A stretch of DNA of 56,668 bases, filler included, from Trypethelium eluteriae (taxonomy: Eukaryota), in assembly GCA_051942245.1 (NCBI GenBank). It is 2 parts of 2 records of this genome, joined end to end, with 100 filler letters (N's around TTAATTAATTAA, not from the genome) between each part and the next. Parts side by side here need not be neighbours in the genome. Positions count along the whole stretch, not along the records: positions 1 to 28,295 come from JAVECL010000314.1; 1 more part is not named here. One strand, 5' to 3'. Below the pieces are notes generated by a model. That model was not told the origin of the DNA. It was given only the letters and a program-made list of their open reading frames with translations, and ran no database searches. Each line of letters starts with the position of its first letter. Positions within the stretch are counted from its first letter, which is position 1. This document shows positions 1 to 13,558 of this stretch, one piece after another. A program made the position numbers and the translations under genes.

Positions 1-2
1 GC

Positions 3-353
3 CACGACCCCTCCACCGGCGCCTCTCCCTCTCTGCCCCCCAGCTCCCATATTCACAGCAGTCCCGCACTGAGCCCGAACCTGCCTGCGCTCCCCGGCGC
101 ACCGCCCAGCTCTCCGCAGCCGCCGACGCGGCAATCGGAAGACTTCGACGAGGTCCTACATGGGACGCCGACAGATCTCGCGCTGAGGATGCAGCGTACC
201 CTGGGGGTGTTCGAGGAGGAGGACGCCGAGACGGCGCATTTCAAGGCGCATAAGGATTCGTTGGAGCTGGCGGCGTTGAGGCTGGCGCGGGAGAGGGAGA
301 GGAGAGGGCGCGGGACGAGGAGTGAGGGGGAGAGTGGGAAGAGTGGGGAATAG
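3..353 (+). CDS. 3' end of a gene running in from the left edge (Pro/Ser-rich then charged C-terminus), hypothetical protein
   Basis: Open frame from nt 3 (HDPSTGASPSLPP...SEDFDEVLHGTPTDLALRMQRTLGVFEEEDAETAHFKAHKDSLELAALRLARERERR...KSGE) to TAG at 351-353. It is not in the ORF track. Confidence 0.55.
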   Translation, partial: HDPSTGASPSLPPSSHIHSSPALSPNLPALPGAPPSSPQPPTRQSEDFDEVLHGTPTDLALRMQRTLGVFEEEDAETAHFKAHKDSLELAALRLARERERRGRGTRSEGESGKSGE

Positions 354-951
354 GTAATTGGCGGGAACGGGTGGTGGAAGGTGTTGGCGTTGATGAAGAG
401 GAGAGAGCGTCTTGGGTGGCGGCCGCGAATTTGCAGCGGTGGGGGACGCGGGTAGGAAGGTCATCGCGTCGTCGGAGGCAAGCGCGATTCGCGTGGACGA
501 AGAGATTCTCTATTCCTAGAGGGTGGATGAAAGGAGAGGATTAGATTAACGCATATCACCTATAGGGTCTTTCAACTCGGGGAACAAAATTACTATCCAA
601 GAAATCTACAGAGCTCATCGTGATTATTCAATGAGTGTTGAGTAAGCTGCGTGGTCTATCGTAGTGAACATGAAAACTCTCAGAAGACCGACCCCCTTAT
701 AGCTCCTGCCATCCTATCCATCCTGTTGTCCCCGCTCCGCTCTCCCAAATTCGAACGCCGGGTGTCTCCACCAACACCGCTATTTACAGAGAAGAGAGCT
801 AGAGAATGTCCCCACTCCGCCCTATCGCTCCATCCCTGTCTACGCCAGTTACATGCAGTCTCGATCTCTGTCGCAAAAGCAGGATGCGTAAGCGGAGCGA
901 AAATGAAAGCCAGTCTCTAATCGGTCTCGAACCATCGAACGTAACTTCTCG

Positions 952-3670
952 TTATCGTGTTACCTGCCCCTCCCTCACACTGACATCCCCGACGTGTTTA
1001 GTGGCAATGCCATGGTCACCTTCGTGATCATTTCCACCACCAGTTTTCGCCAAGTCGCCGTTACCAATCAAAACCTGCGTCTTCTCAGGCCCTGGTAGGG
1101 ACTGTGGAGGCGGAGGCGGTGCTGTGCTGCTCCCTGAACTCTCACCCGAGTCCCCTCGACTCCGATTCGCCGGTGTGTCGGCGAGCTGCTCCGTTGCCTC
1201 TTCACTAGGTTTTGAAGGGTCAATCGCACTGGCGAGGCTACTGAAGTTTGTGAGCGCCGGTATGATGGGATCGCCGGCAGTGGTGGTAGCAGAAGTGGCG
1301 GTGGTAGCTTGGGTGTCATTAGTGTTGACGGGCTCGATGAGTTGGGCACTGAGGGGTATGTTGTCGTCATTCTCGGGGTCTGCGATGGAATCTGGGTCAA
1401 TGACAGGAAGACCGGAAGAGGAGGCAGAAGTGGAGGAGCTGGAGCTGGAAGAGGTGGGCTCGAGGGCCAAGTTAGGTGCGTTCAATGATTCTACGGGAGG
1501 AGCAAGGCCGGGAGATGGTATCGTCGAGTCGTTTGCCAGCTGGGCACGGCTGAGTTCTAAGTGTCGCTGTGGTTCCTCTTTCGAGTTGGTGGTCGTGAGA
1601 GTCTCAGTGTTGACAGTCGAGGTGGGCTCATTGAGAGGGTTGTATCCAACCGTTGTCACACCTCTATCGACCGCTTTACCTTTGCCTCCTGTCTCGGTCT
1701 GAGGGATGTAGTTCCGTCCAGCCACTGAACTGGAACTTCCTTCAATACCCTCTACCTCTAAGGGGAAAAACCCACCCTGCTTCTTCTGTCGATCCATTTC
1801 CTTCCCCAAACGCTTTCCGTCTTTTTTCCTTTGTTTCCGCTCCTTCTTCTCCTCTTTCCTCGCGTCTTTGTCCTCCTTCCGCTTTCTATCCTCCTCAGCT
1901 TGCAAGCTAAGTCGAATGGCTTCCATCATCATCAATTCTTCTATGTCTTCTGCCCTCCTTGCTGTAGCACGCGAACTGACTCGACCGGGGAACAAATCAT
2001 TCGAGTTAGGTCCATCAACGCGACCAGGACCGCTGGGATTTCCCTGACGATCAGCGGCTGCAAGAAGCGCTGCCATATTGCCAAGCGGCATTCCTCCCTC
2101 CCGGGGCGACGCAGTCCCACTACCTCCAGGTGCATCCCCTGCCGCAAATAGTGTACGCCGCCTCCGTCCAGTGAGACCGAATGTGCGAAGATCTACGGAA
2201 TTGGAATTCCCAAGGACGTATGCTGCGTTATGCAGAGCTGTTGCTGCGGCAGAACGACGTAAAGCGTGTGCGCGAGCGTCAGCGAGTTTCTTGGCCCAGT
2301 CCGGTCGTACTCGATCGGTGGTAATGACGGTAGGCGAAGTCGCTGACAAGGATGTCGCTCGCCTGCGGGAGCCAGTACCCGGTGACAGAGCGCTTCCAGA
2401 CGAGAGTGATGAAGATGAGGACATCGCTGACGTTGCACTGGCAAGAGGGTGATTAGGAGGAGCGTTGTACGCGAGCCCTCTTCGAAATGGTGGTGGCTCA
2501 TAAGTTACGCCAAATTCTGGCTGTACGCAGAACGGACACGCTGCCGGCTCCGATACTAACTGACCATCTTCCTCCGGGTTCTGCGTATCAGGGGATGCGT
2601 CCGGATTGTTAGGATCATGATGCTCGGGTGGATGCGGATCCGGTCTTTTGATTTGAACAAAGCATTCAGAACAGATCGGTTGGTCACAGCATCGCGTCTT
2701 GTTTAGGTATGGGGGATAGTAGAGGAAACATATTGGGCATTCTGAAGCATCCTTGTATAGGTAGGCTTCTATTGCTTGACCATTCACATACGGATCCTTC
2801 GGTAGCTGTATCTCCTGTGGAGCCATGTCAGATTGATTGTTTGCCTTCGATGTCAGGGATGCAAGAGTTTTTGCCCGCCCCCTGAACAGAGGTGAATTGG
2901 ACGATTGAGACTGGGAGCTGAGAGGAGAGGATGGGGGGAGCGAAGAGAACGCAGGATGAGAAAGACCCAGACTTGCTGAGGCATCAGAGTTATAGGATGG
3001 CGATCGGGATGTGATGGGCACGGTGAGATTATTGAGGTTCGTTTGGGAAGACGTTGGGTTTGAGTCTGCTCTTGACGCGGCACGGGCTGGGTTGTCATCT
3101 GGAACTTCGTCTGCAGCTGGAATAGGTCGGCCTCTGACCGCAGCTACAAGCTGCAGCTCTGTCCAAGAATCAGAGTGATCATTGAGGCCTTTCCAGAATG
3201 GTGCGAGACGTCGTTCAATCTTGTAATAGGTTAGCCATCATAGGTCTGGGTTTTCTGCCCTGACATACCGTCAACTGCCTGACAACAGCCTTGTTGAAAT
3301 CCTCCGGCCCAGTATAGGTCCCTAAAGTTACAAGATATCCTCCGTCAACCCCCTCTTCACGTATACTCCGCTCGCGTTCCTTCTCCCGGGCAATTCGTTC
3401 TTTCTCCAATTTCCGAGCTTCCCTCTCTTGCTTGGTCTCGCGCCTGACCTCCTGCTGTGCGTCTCTATCATGGCCGGCACCGAAACTGAGAAGGCTGCTG
3501 AGGTCTGGTCGGGTACCGCGGCCACCAGGGGAACTGGGTGGAGGTCGATCAGAGGAAGGCGATTGGGGGAGGGGACCCCCAAAAGGATGTGAGTGAACAT
3601 CGCGCGCGCTGCCTGGCCGAGAATCTTGTCCAGCAGAAGGACGCTCTCCTTTACTAGGATTATTGCCCAT
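952..3670 (-). CDS. SIP5: SIP5 homolog (Snf1/Reg1-interacting protein with RING-like Cys cluster), 2 exons
   Basis: Exon 1 MGNNPSK...[27 protein letters not shown]; intron 3268-3220 (GTATGT...GCTAAC...AAG); exon 2 [14 protein letters not shown]...[44 protein letters not shown]...CPFC...[13 protein letters not shown]. Confidence 0.88.
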
Positions 3671-4421
3671 TGCCGTAGGTAGATGAGACAGGGATTAGGT
3701 GGTCGTAGGGTCAACAGTGGTAGGTAGAGTACGGAGTAGTCTGGGAAGAAAGCAGAAGCGACAGTACGACGTGTACCAAAATGATGAAGAATAGAGCAGA
3801 GGTGAATGCGGCCTTTTGAACTAGCAAATTTGGCCTCAAGCCAGGCGAACGGAAATGACCGACGCTGTTCTTCCCCCAGTATTTCTTGAAGGAGGTTGTG
3901 CAGTCGACTCAGTCGAGAGGTCGCGCGCGCGTCACAAGGACAACCATGGTAGGCATTGAAGATAACGAAATCATCTGAACTCCTTTCACACACCAACACC
4001 ACGATATCAGGACTCTTGTTTGCAGTAGATAAGACCCAATCGGGGATTTGAAGAATGGAGCTCTGGCGGTGGCAAAGGCCAGCATTAAATGGGTAAGCGG
4101 GCGGAGTCGTAAGAATGGTAAGGTATGATGTCGACGTCGGGAAACTTCCCTGTCACGCCTGCTGGCCACAATCACCAGCTTTTAAAACGTAATATCATAG
4201 AGACCTCACAGCACGGAACGGCTTTTACAGACGTCAGTGAACGGCAATGGCCACATGCTGGCCCTCCAGCCAAATGTGCTCTGTACTTTGCCTGCATATC
4301 TATCTCATAGTATCGTAACGTAAGCAACTAAATCTAACCAACCCCGTCGCATGATATAAGGCATATAAAAACACATCTATCCGACCCGCCAGATGCCAAC
4401 ACGTGATTCATCGGTAGATAA

Positions 4422-5714
4422 TCAGCGCAGGGGTATCTGAATGCGGTCTTTGGCCTCAGCTAGAAGGTCATCCGGCACATCAGCCTCTGGAGATGCAGCT
4501 GGGGTCAGCCAAGGTGCAGGTTCGCTTTCGGACTTCTGTTCCCTAGTGTTCACATAACCTGGAGGAGGACTCGGCCAAGTATAGTCCAGCCATCCTTCTA
4601 ACATCTCTTGAATGCCCTCAGTCAGGATCTGAACAGCCTTCTGCCTATTCAAGCTCCATTCGTGATCTCGTTTCCATCTTCCAGCCCTGATGGCAGTTTC
4701 TTGACCGTTTTCGAGACCATCCAAGATACTCCGCCAGACCTGCATCGTCTTCTCGAGTTCGGAGCTGCTGCTAACGCCCATCACACTGACCCCCAGCTTC
4801 TTTCCCCCAAGATTCTGTTCATTGCTTTCTCGCTCACCCTGTACGCCCGAGGCGGGATCACCACGAGATCCAACAACACTGCCCTCGCGAAGCCATGTTT
4901 CTAGCGCGTAGCGAATGGCAACTACCTCAAGCTTCTCGTCGTGACAGTCGACAAAATTGCTAGCCCGATGTACAACCGCGCGAAGTCCCTGGGGACTTGG
5001 ATGCCAGTCTTCACCTATGATAGGTGGTCCACATTGCCGCAACAAACCCATTCCAAGTGGAGAGGCATTCGGCACAACATCCACTCCTGCAGCTTGAAGT
5101 CTTGAGACACCCTTTGACAACAACGTTGAGTTCTGGACCGTGAAGTTGGCGTAGGACATAACAACGTCCAAGGGTTCTCCAGTTTCTTCCTTAACACGTT
5201 CTGCGAGATCGCAAAGTGTGGATACGGGATAGCCTGAGATTCCAACATACTTGATTGTTCTAGTCTCATCTCTTATTCGGCGAAGTTCTTTGACCGCCCC
5301 CAAAACCTCTTCTGGCGAAACGAATTCGACATCGTGACAGTAGACCACGTCAAGATACTCAGACTTGAGGCGGTCCAAACTTCTTTGCACGCTTTGTCGC
5401 ACCCACGACGGGGAATAGTCGAATTCCGAAGCTGCGACCCTGCCCACTTTTGTCAAAACGAAATAATCCTTTCGCGAGAAATTATTCCGGACAAAAGGAG
5501 AGTCAAGGGCTTTGCCAAGAAGCTCTTCAGAAGGACCGTAATAGGGAGACGTGTCGAAGGCGCGCACACCAAGGCTCAAGGCCTTGTGTATGAGGCCAGC
5601 AGAGTCCAAGGCGTATGGGTCCTCGACAAATTGAACGTTGAACGTCGCACAACCAAAGATCAATGGCGGGAGAATGTTTGAAAGCGGTGGAGAGGGGTTC
5701 GTTTCGGAAACCAT
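4422..5714 (-). CDS. Aldo/keto reductase, D-arabinose 1-dehydrogenase (ARA2) / L-galactose dehydrogenase-like
   Basis: Intronless ORF with PPLIFGCATFN, AFDTSPYYGPSEELLG, TKVGR, YLDVVYCHDVEF and YVGISGYP motifs. ATG at 5714. Confidence 0.85.
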   Translation of the reverse strand: MVSETNPSPPLSNILPPLIFGCATFNVQFVEDPYALDSAGLIHKALSLGVRAFDTSPYYGPSEELLGKALDSPFVRNNFSRKDYFVLTKVGRVAASEFDYSPSWVRQSVQRSLDRLKSEYLDVVYCHDVEFVSPEEVLGAVKELRRIRDETRTIKYVGISGYPVSTLCDLAERVKEETGEPLDVVMSYANFTVQNSTLLSKGVSRLQAAGVDVVPNASPLGMGLLRQCGPPIIGEDWHPSPQGLRAVVHRASNFVDCHDEKLEVVAIRYALETWLREGSVVGSRGDPASGVQGERESNEQNLGGKKLGVSVMGVSSSSELEKTMQVWRSILDGLENGQETAIRAGRWKRDHEWSLNRQKAVQILTEGIQEMLEGWLDYTWPSPPPGYVNTREQKSESEPAPWLTPAASPEADVPDDLLAEAKDRIQIPLR

Positions 5715-6354
5715 CACGGCTAGAAGTTTAGTCTACACTCAGGTAAACAATGGATCGACTAGGAATGAAGAATGTAGCTGGACACCCAGCTAATGAATAG
5801 TGAGAGCATTCCGAAGTCTATATGCGCGATAAGCATGCTCTGAGGTTTCGCCCGGCAGAAGCAGTAGATGCAAAAGATTCTAGGGTGGTCGATGGCGACA
5901 CCGAATCCACTAGCTCACCAGCAGCACGTTTGCGTGATTTATCCAGATCTAGCCGGGGTTTCCGCAGAAATAGTTCCTCATTTGTCAGCTCGTACTCCGA
6001 GCAAGACGGGGGAGATCCTTGACGCATCTTTCGAAGCTTTCAGCTGGGCGAGCTCCCGTCCGAATTGGAGTAGTATGAGGTCTTCGGGAGTTTTTTTTAT
6101 GGTGTACTAGTGATATCGCCAATGACGTCCAGAGCGCTTGCGCACCTGCATCTCGGCAAGTTACGAAGTCGGGGCCGTCAGGGTCCAAAGCGCACCTTGT
6201 CTGCGGGACGCTTTTCTACCCATCAGCCTGAGATGATGGATAAATCGTCTATGCTCAGAGCTCGATTAAGGTGGGTCTTGCACCAAAGTGGACGTTGAGT
6301 TCTATGGAGGTTGTGCAGAGCTATTGTACAAATCTATCCCTTAAGCCTTTAGCC

Positions 6355-7633
6355 CTAGAACTTGTAGACCTGATCCTTGGAGTAACCTAAATCTTTCAAA
6401 ATGCCTGATAGTTCGCCTTGATCTGTTGGGCTATTCTTCGTTCCACTAATTGCCTTATACATACCGGGCGGGCCACATACGAAAATCTTGAGGTTTTCGG
6501 TCTTTGGTTCTGGAAATGCTGTCTTAACCATTTCCTTGGTGATAAATCCCTTTGCGTTTTGCCAGCTTTCAGAGGGTTTATCGACGGTATAGAAGACTCG
6601 CAATCGCTGAGGATACGTGTTTTCCAAGTCTTCTAGTTCACGCTTGAGAAGGATATCGTCCTCGCTGACGTTGCCATATAGCAGTGTCACTTTTGTCTTG
6701 TCTTCGGGATTCTTGAAAATCGCTCGTAGGACCTGATACATTGGTGTGATGCCTGTACCCCCGGCGACCATACCAATGTGACTGAGCTTATTCGCCTCGT
6801 ACGGATACTTCGGAATGGGTCCCTTCATGTCAAGCCGTTGACCAGGAGTCATACTGTGTAGATGTTCGGACATTGGACCGTTAGGGTACTTCTTGATGAC
6901 GAAATCAAGAAAGCCTCGTGAATCTTCGTCTGAGGTCGGTGTGTATGGCCTTTCATCTCTTATTAGCTTAATGATAAAAGCAGGATACCTCTAGTATGAG
7001 GATTTAAGTTTGAAACTTAGATGAATACAAATGAAGAAGTTGTCGCAGTATTAAAAAAGCTTACCTTATTACAGGTTTCTCCATCTCCGGTCCTTTGTAC
7101 TTTGTGATCAGAGCAGCTAAGAATGATCAGGATTTTTGCTGTCTTTCAACGATGTGATCATTGATACGCACATGCAATTTTCAAGCCTGAAACATCATCC
7201 TCTTCTGGAAGACTGAAACGGAACTTCTTCGTATTGTGGTTGATATTTTCAACATTGTCTAGTTTCAAGGAAATGAAGCCTTGGTCGCCACCCTTGAAAG
7301 CGGCCTTTGGCTCCTTGATTTGTGCTGGTGGTTGCTTTCGCTCTTCTTTTGAGGCCGGCGCTTCAGATTTGCTTGTGCCCGAAAGGAAATAGTAGCCCAA
7401 GCCAACAGCGCTGGCTCCTACGGCCCCGTATAGTAATGTGTTAGAGCCACCTTGAGAAGACTCTGTGGCATATCGACGGACATGCTAATCCAACGGCAGA
7501 CGAATTAGCTACGGGAAGTCTCAGGGAGAGTTTGTGGGATCAAGATTGGTGTAAAGAATCTCGAAAATCCTAAGGCTGCGGGGCTTACACTTCGGAAAGT
7601 ATTGGCGGGGCGAAACACCTGCCTTGCCAGCAT
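6355..7633 (-). CDS. MCR1: Mitochondrial NADH-cytochrome b5 reductase 2, 4 exons
   Basis: Presequence [25 protein letters not shown] segment, [47 protein letters not shown] and C-terminal QVYKF. Three GT-AG introns restore the frame. Confidence 0.92.
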
Positions 7634-8617
7634 CTTGGAGAGGATGTAGTCGATGTCAAGCTACAGAGGTACGAGCGAAAAGATGGTGTTGTTGGAAAAG
7701 GCGTTGCGCATGGGAGCTCAAGCACGTCTTGCGGGAGCGGATGACGCTGACCTGCCCTGCCGTGCCTGCCATGCTGCCTCAGCCTCTAAACCTCATCGGG
7801 CTCTCGCTCGCCCTCTATTTATCTAATCCAAGTCTTGTTTTCTATACAAACCTAAGGGCTAAACAGCCCTCGCCAGTTTCTGCTGCAAAAGCAATCCATA
7901 AATGGTCATATTTGCGTATAGTCTCGCTAAGTCTTGAAGAGGCATCACATTATGCCCTCAAGTAAAGGGTGATAAATATTTTGCTATATTATGTAGCACG
8001 CAAGCTCTACTAAGCACAATTCTATTTGTAGTCGAAACCTTGCAAGAATCAAGACTATGCTCTAATAGTCTGCTCGCACAACGCAACAACTATTACAATG
8101 TAATCTGAAACAATGAATTGCCAAGCATGGGGGCTAAGTCGTCAGGTCGCTGCATCTGGTGCGTCTATTAGGAGTGTATGAGTAGGTATTAAGGCGCGCC
8201 GCTTGGAGCTGCCGGAAACGCGCGAAACTACCGTAGCGGGAAACTTGAATCTACGTTGTTTCCAACCAACCAAACGACGCGGCTGGTCCGCCCAGTATTG
8301 GAGTAGGACTGGACTCAAGACTCAAACTTGGTGTCTTTACCTGCATTCTCATGCAAAGCGCACCTTCAGCGACAGAATCACAACCTTGGGTAACTCGACA
8401 GGCGAGCCTGCGCGGCCCATACCTTTCCTCGTCACATGTGAAAAGCCGGTTTTTATACGTTCGAAGGAAGGCGAGTCCACCACGTAAGGTAGCTGTCACG
8501 ACTGAGTTTGTTCCCGTGATCTAAACGAGCGTTGATATCATGTTATGATATACTGGAAAGAGCCCCCTCACATTTCTCCTTGCCAGTGACGTACCGCTGT
8601 CTTCCACTCTCCTAACT

Positions 8618-11600
8618 ATGGTTCCTCCAAATCCCGGAGGAGATTTGCCTCAGGAAAATCAAGAAGTTTCTCCGATTATACATCAAGCTGCTGCAGCGGC
8701 TCAGACGTCTGGTTCACATTTTCAGAGTGAGCCTACGGCACCTACGCCGTCTTCTGAGTATCAGCGGGACCAAATCGAATCCTCCAGACCTGACCAACCG
8801 TGCGAAACGATATCCTCATTCTCTGCACAAATACTGTTCTAACTTGGACTTCAGAATAACCGATGCCGGCCCCGTCACCAGGGATGCTGCTTTACGACAT
8901 GAGGAGTCGATACATATACCCCCCGACGATAGTGTCCCACCTCCCGCATACGGCGACCACTATGGGGTAATAGAGAACGAGCAAGATGGCCTTGGAACAA
9001 ATGCCAGTGTTGCAGGTTAGTATGAATAGGTACTGTTTAGCAGCGACTGGCAACTCATGTTAGCAGATGACGGTCGGGTCAACATTCGCATCAATCAGAA
9101 ATCAAGGAGACTTTCAACTCTGCTGGCCCCGGCCCTACGAACGCAGCTGGATCCGTCCACTGATGTAGATGTACCTCCCCCTCCATACATACCGCCCTCA
9201 CTTGGCGGCCTTCCTGGTCAGACACCTCCACCGCCTCTGAACGTCGTAATACATGTGGTTGGGTCCCGTGGTGATGTGCAACCGTTTGTGGCGCTAGGAA
9301 AGGTGCTGAAGGAAACTTACGGACATCGAGTACGCCTGGCTACGCACCCTGTCTTCAAAGACTTTGTCAAACAAAATGGGCTAGATTTCTTCAATATAAC
9401 AGGGGACCCAGCTGAGCTGATGGCTTTCATGGTTAAAAATCCAGGTCTGATGCCCGGATTCGACACGCTGAGGAGTGGCGATGTTGGAAAACGCCGAAAG
9501 GGTATAGCAAGCATGCTCAGAGGTTGTTGGCGCTCCTGCATTGAGGCTGGAGATGGCATGGGATTGGACTTGGACAGCACCATTGAAGAATGGATGGACT
9601 CTAGCAGCACTTCGGCTATGCGTGGAGATCCTGCTGAACGGCCCTTTATCGCGGATGCTATAATCGCCAATCCGCCCAGCTTCGCTCACATTCATTGTGC
9701 AGAAAAGCTTGGAATACCTCTGCACATGATGTTCACGTAAGTTATTCTGTATCTTCGACAATGTCAAGGTCAAGACTAAGACTACGATAGAATGCCTTGG
9801 TCTCCGACACAAGCGTTTCCACATCCCTTAGCGAATATTCAGTCGAGCAATGCAGATGCTCATATCAGCAATTTCATGTCGTACGCGCTAGTCGATATGA
9901 TGACCTGGCAAGGACTCGGCGACGTCATCAATCGATTTCGACATCAAAGCCTTGGCCTGGAACCAATAAGCTTAATGTGGGGTCCTGGTATGCTGGCTAG
10001 ATTGAAGATACCTTATACGTATTGCTGGTACGTCATTGGGTTCGAGAATACATTGACATGAAGCTGATTGAGCTCAGGTCTCCAGCATTGATTCCGAAAC
10101 CCAAAGATTGGAGAAGCCATATTTCCATCTCTGGCTTTTATTTTCTGAATCTTGCAACGAATTATACACCTGAGGCAGATCTTCGTGAATTTCTTGCGGC
10201 CGGTTCACCCCCGGTTTACATTGGCTTTGGCTCAATTGTTGTTGACGATCCCAATGCCATGACGGAGCTTATCTTTGAAGCAGTCAAGAAGACTGGCCAA
10301 AGAGCACTAGTCTCTAAAGGATGGGGTGGCTTTGGGGCTGATGAGTTTGGAATCCCCGAAGGCGTCTTTATGCTTGGCAATGTACCTCATGATTGGCTCT
10401 TCAAGCACGTGTCGTGTGTAGTCCATCATGGCGGTGCTGGTACAACCGCTGCCGGCATTGCCGCAGGACGACCAACTGTCGTTGTACCCTTCTTCGGGGA
10501 CCAGCCATTCTGGGGTGCCATGGTCAATCGAGGAGGTGCAGGACCTCCACCAATACCTCATAAAGAGTTGACTGCGGACAATCTTGCGCATGCAATCCTA
10601 CAGGCCCTTGAGCCCAGCTCGCTAGAAAAGGCTGCCGGATTGGCGGAACAGGTCAATTCCGAAAAAGGCAGCGACAATGGTGCCATTAGTTTCCACCAGA
10701 TGTTGAATGTCGACAAATTGCGTTGCTCCTTATGCCCACATCGGGCCGCCGTGTGGAGAATCAGGCGTACCGATACTACATTGAGTGCTCTGGCTGCAAC
10801 AACTCTATCGAACGCAGGATTGCTAAACTTTAATGAACTCAAACTGTAAGCCTCTCCAAAATATTCGTGAACAACAGCTCATGATTACAGATATCGGCCT
10901 CGTGAATATGAAACCGATGACGGGCCGTGGGATCCCATCACGGGAGGAGCTTCTGCGGTCATAGGTACAGCAGGTAGCATGTTAATGGGTATTGCCGACT
11001 TTCCGATCGAAACGTTGAAAGCCCTTCGGATACACCCAGACTCTAGATCCTCATCGACAAACAGTACCAGCAAGAATTCGACAGAGCGAGCCCAGACTAC
11101 CCAATCCGCCACAAGCACTACCACAAGCACCTCGAACCGAGATTCAGAGGAGACCAAAGCCCATGAATTAGCTTCTAACACAACAGCAACAAGTCCCTTA
11201 GGCGTGACCTCGCCGACCAGAACGAGTGCGGAAGAAGGATCGTTCCCTCCACGCCTTGAGCATACCATCAGTCAAGACAGCGGAAAGTCGCCCCTGTCAA
11301 GCTCTACAAGTTTTTCCCCTATTACTAGCCACGAGAATAATCATCGTGCAATACTAGGATCAGTCCTTGGAGATGGACGAAGAAGGTCGGGATCGAACTC
11401 TCGGTCACAATCGAGGAACTCTTCACCCTCCCGTCACTGTCCCTTGAGCCCACGCTCTCCTGGCCGTGAGAGAAGTCATTCAAGAAGTCATTCAAGGGGT
11501 CCGTCGGTGGACCCAGTTGAGCGTCTCGATACGATGGTGAACACCGGAAAGGGCCTTTCTCGTATCATTGGGACAAGTATTAAATCACCAATGGATTTCT

Positions 11601-13187
11601 CGATGAGTGTAGCTCGAGGGTTTCACAATGCCCCAAAACTATACGGGGATGACACTGTAAGGCAGCCAGACAAAATCACGGATCTACAGAGCGGATTGAA
11701 GGCTGCTGGAAAGGTGAGCGACGAGTGGAATTCGAATTGGTGTAGTCCAGATCAGTATTGACAACATGCAGGAACTTGGCTATGGCTTCTACGATGGCAT
11801 TACAGGATTAGTGAAACAACCTGCAGCTGGAGCTAAGAAGGAAGGGGCTGCGGGGTTCTTGAAAGGTGTTGGCAAGGGCCTCGGTGGGTTTTTGTTGAAA
11901 CCTGGTGCAGGTGAGTCTTTTGCAACATCTCAATAGAGGTTGTATTGACCATTCACGACAGGGCTTTGGGGACTTCCTGGTTATACATTCAAAGGAGTTT
12001 ATCAGGAACTTCAGAAGCACATGGGTTCCAATTCGCTGAATTATATCATAGCCGCACGCGTGACGCAAGGGCATGAAGATTGGCAGAACACAACTACAGA
12101 AGAGAAGCAGGAAATCATTCGGAAGTGGGCCACTCTCAAACCGACTTTGAAAAAGAAAAAGAACCCGGGTCAGGAGCAACTCGAACACATGCATACCTTT
12201 GTGAGCGAACACAAGGAGCGTAAGCGTACGTGGCAAGAGAGACGTAAAGCCAAGAAATCTGGGTCAATTCCGCATATCAAGACACCGGACGAGTCACAAG
12301 AGTCGATTGCACCGAGTGAACTGCCGGCTGTTCCTGCCATTACCCCAGGATACGCTGCTGAGTTGCCGAGTGAAAGTTTGATGCAGCAGCAGCAGCAGGA
12401 GGATGATGAAGAAGAAGAGGCCGAGCGGGCCGAGTTGGAGGAAGCAATCCGTAAGTCCGTAGCTGAAGCATCGCAAGGAGATCCAGTGCAGGACGAAATG
12501 ATCGAGGAGGCTATTCGAGCAAGTATTGCCGAATTGGATCGAGCCAGGACAACAGCGACAGAAAGCGACGAGGACGCGATGAAAAGAGCGATGCATGCCA
12601 GTCTAGACGAAGCCCAGCGTTTCGAGCCTGGCAACCACGAAATTCACGAACAAGAGTTGGAAGAAGCATTGCGTAGGAGCATGCTGGATTCGGGGCCTTC
12701 CCGCTCCTTACCAGATAGCGCACCACCTCCGGCTTATGATGAGGCGAACGCGTCTACTATTACCGACGCAAAGCAAGACCCTGCTACGTCTAGAGAACAC
12801 GAAGAGGCAGAGGAAGACGAGTTGCACAAAGCAATGGAAGCGTCTAAGGCCTCTTACTCGGAATACGAGAACAGGGATAGTGCGACAGCGCGAGAATACG
12901 AACAAGCGGAGGAAGATGACATTCTGAAGGCGCTGGACGCATCCAAGGCTGCTCACGAGGAGTTCAATAATGAGATGACACGCCAGAAGACGGAGGAAGA
13001 CATTGTCATGGAATATATAAAAAAGCAAAGCCTTGCGGAGGAGGAGCATAGACAGAGCATGCTAGCGAAGGGTAAAGGCAGGGTAACGAATGATGATGAT
13101 GATGCGGTTCATGAAGAGGAATTGAAGAAAGCGATCGCCCTGAGTATGCATCGGGATGGTGAAGAAGGGGAAAGCTCGCGCGGTTAA
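8618..13187 (+). CDS. Family-1 glycosyltransferase (sterol 3-beta-glucosyltransferase/UGT80-like) with C-terminal UIM-like repeats, multi-exon
   Basis: VVGSRGDVQPFVALG, HRVRLATH, IIANPPSFAHIHCAEKLGIPLHMMFT|MPWSPT, PPVYIGFGSIVV, VPHDWLF, VVHHGGAGTTAAG, VPFFGDQPFWG, GFHNAPKLYGD. Short GT-AG introns link the ORF pieces at 8618, 9067, 9792, 10078, 10891, 11772 and 11962 (approximate). Confidence 0.88.
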
Positions 13188-13558
13188 ATCATTTGGATAC
13201 CCCATAGAAGATACTTAGGTTTCAGTCACGGCAGCCTTCACGTCATGACTTGCATGCACATACAATGAGACGATGTATTGATAATACGGAACCAAAATCG
13301 AGTCTTGTAGAGATTATCCGGAAGGCTCGAGAGCAATAATATTTGAGTTGGGTTTCTTAGTTTCGAGAGCGCCACACTCACGATCTGATCTCCTCCCCAG
13401 GCTATCTGAACGATGTCCTCTCCCTGTTCAATGAGACACCAATGCTTGAGACGCCTATGCTGGCGAGGTACCGTTTCCACGATATGAAGCCAGGCCCTAT
13501 ATGGCTCAATGTACCCAATCCTAGCCCTACCAGCTCCTACTTTTTCGCATCATGCAAC

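Noticed and set aside
1068..2501. Antisense and alternate-frame ORFs over SIP5 (and similar ones over the other genes)
   Set aside because: Shadow ORFs of real coding sequence.
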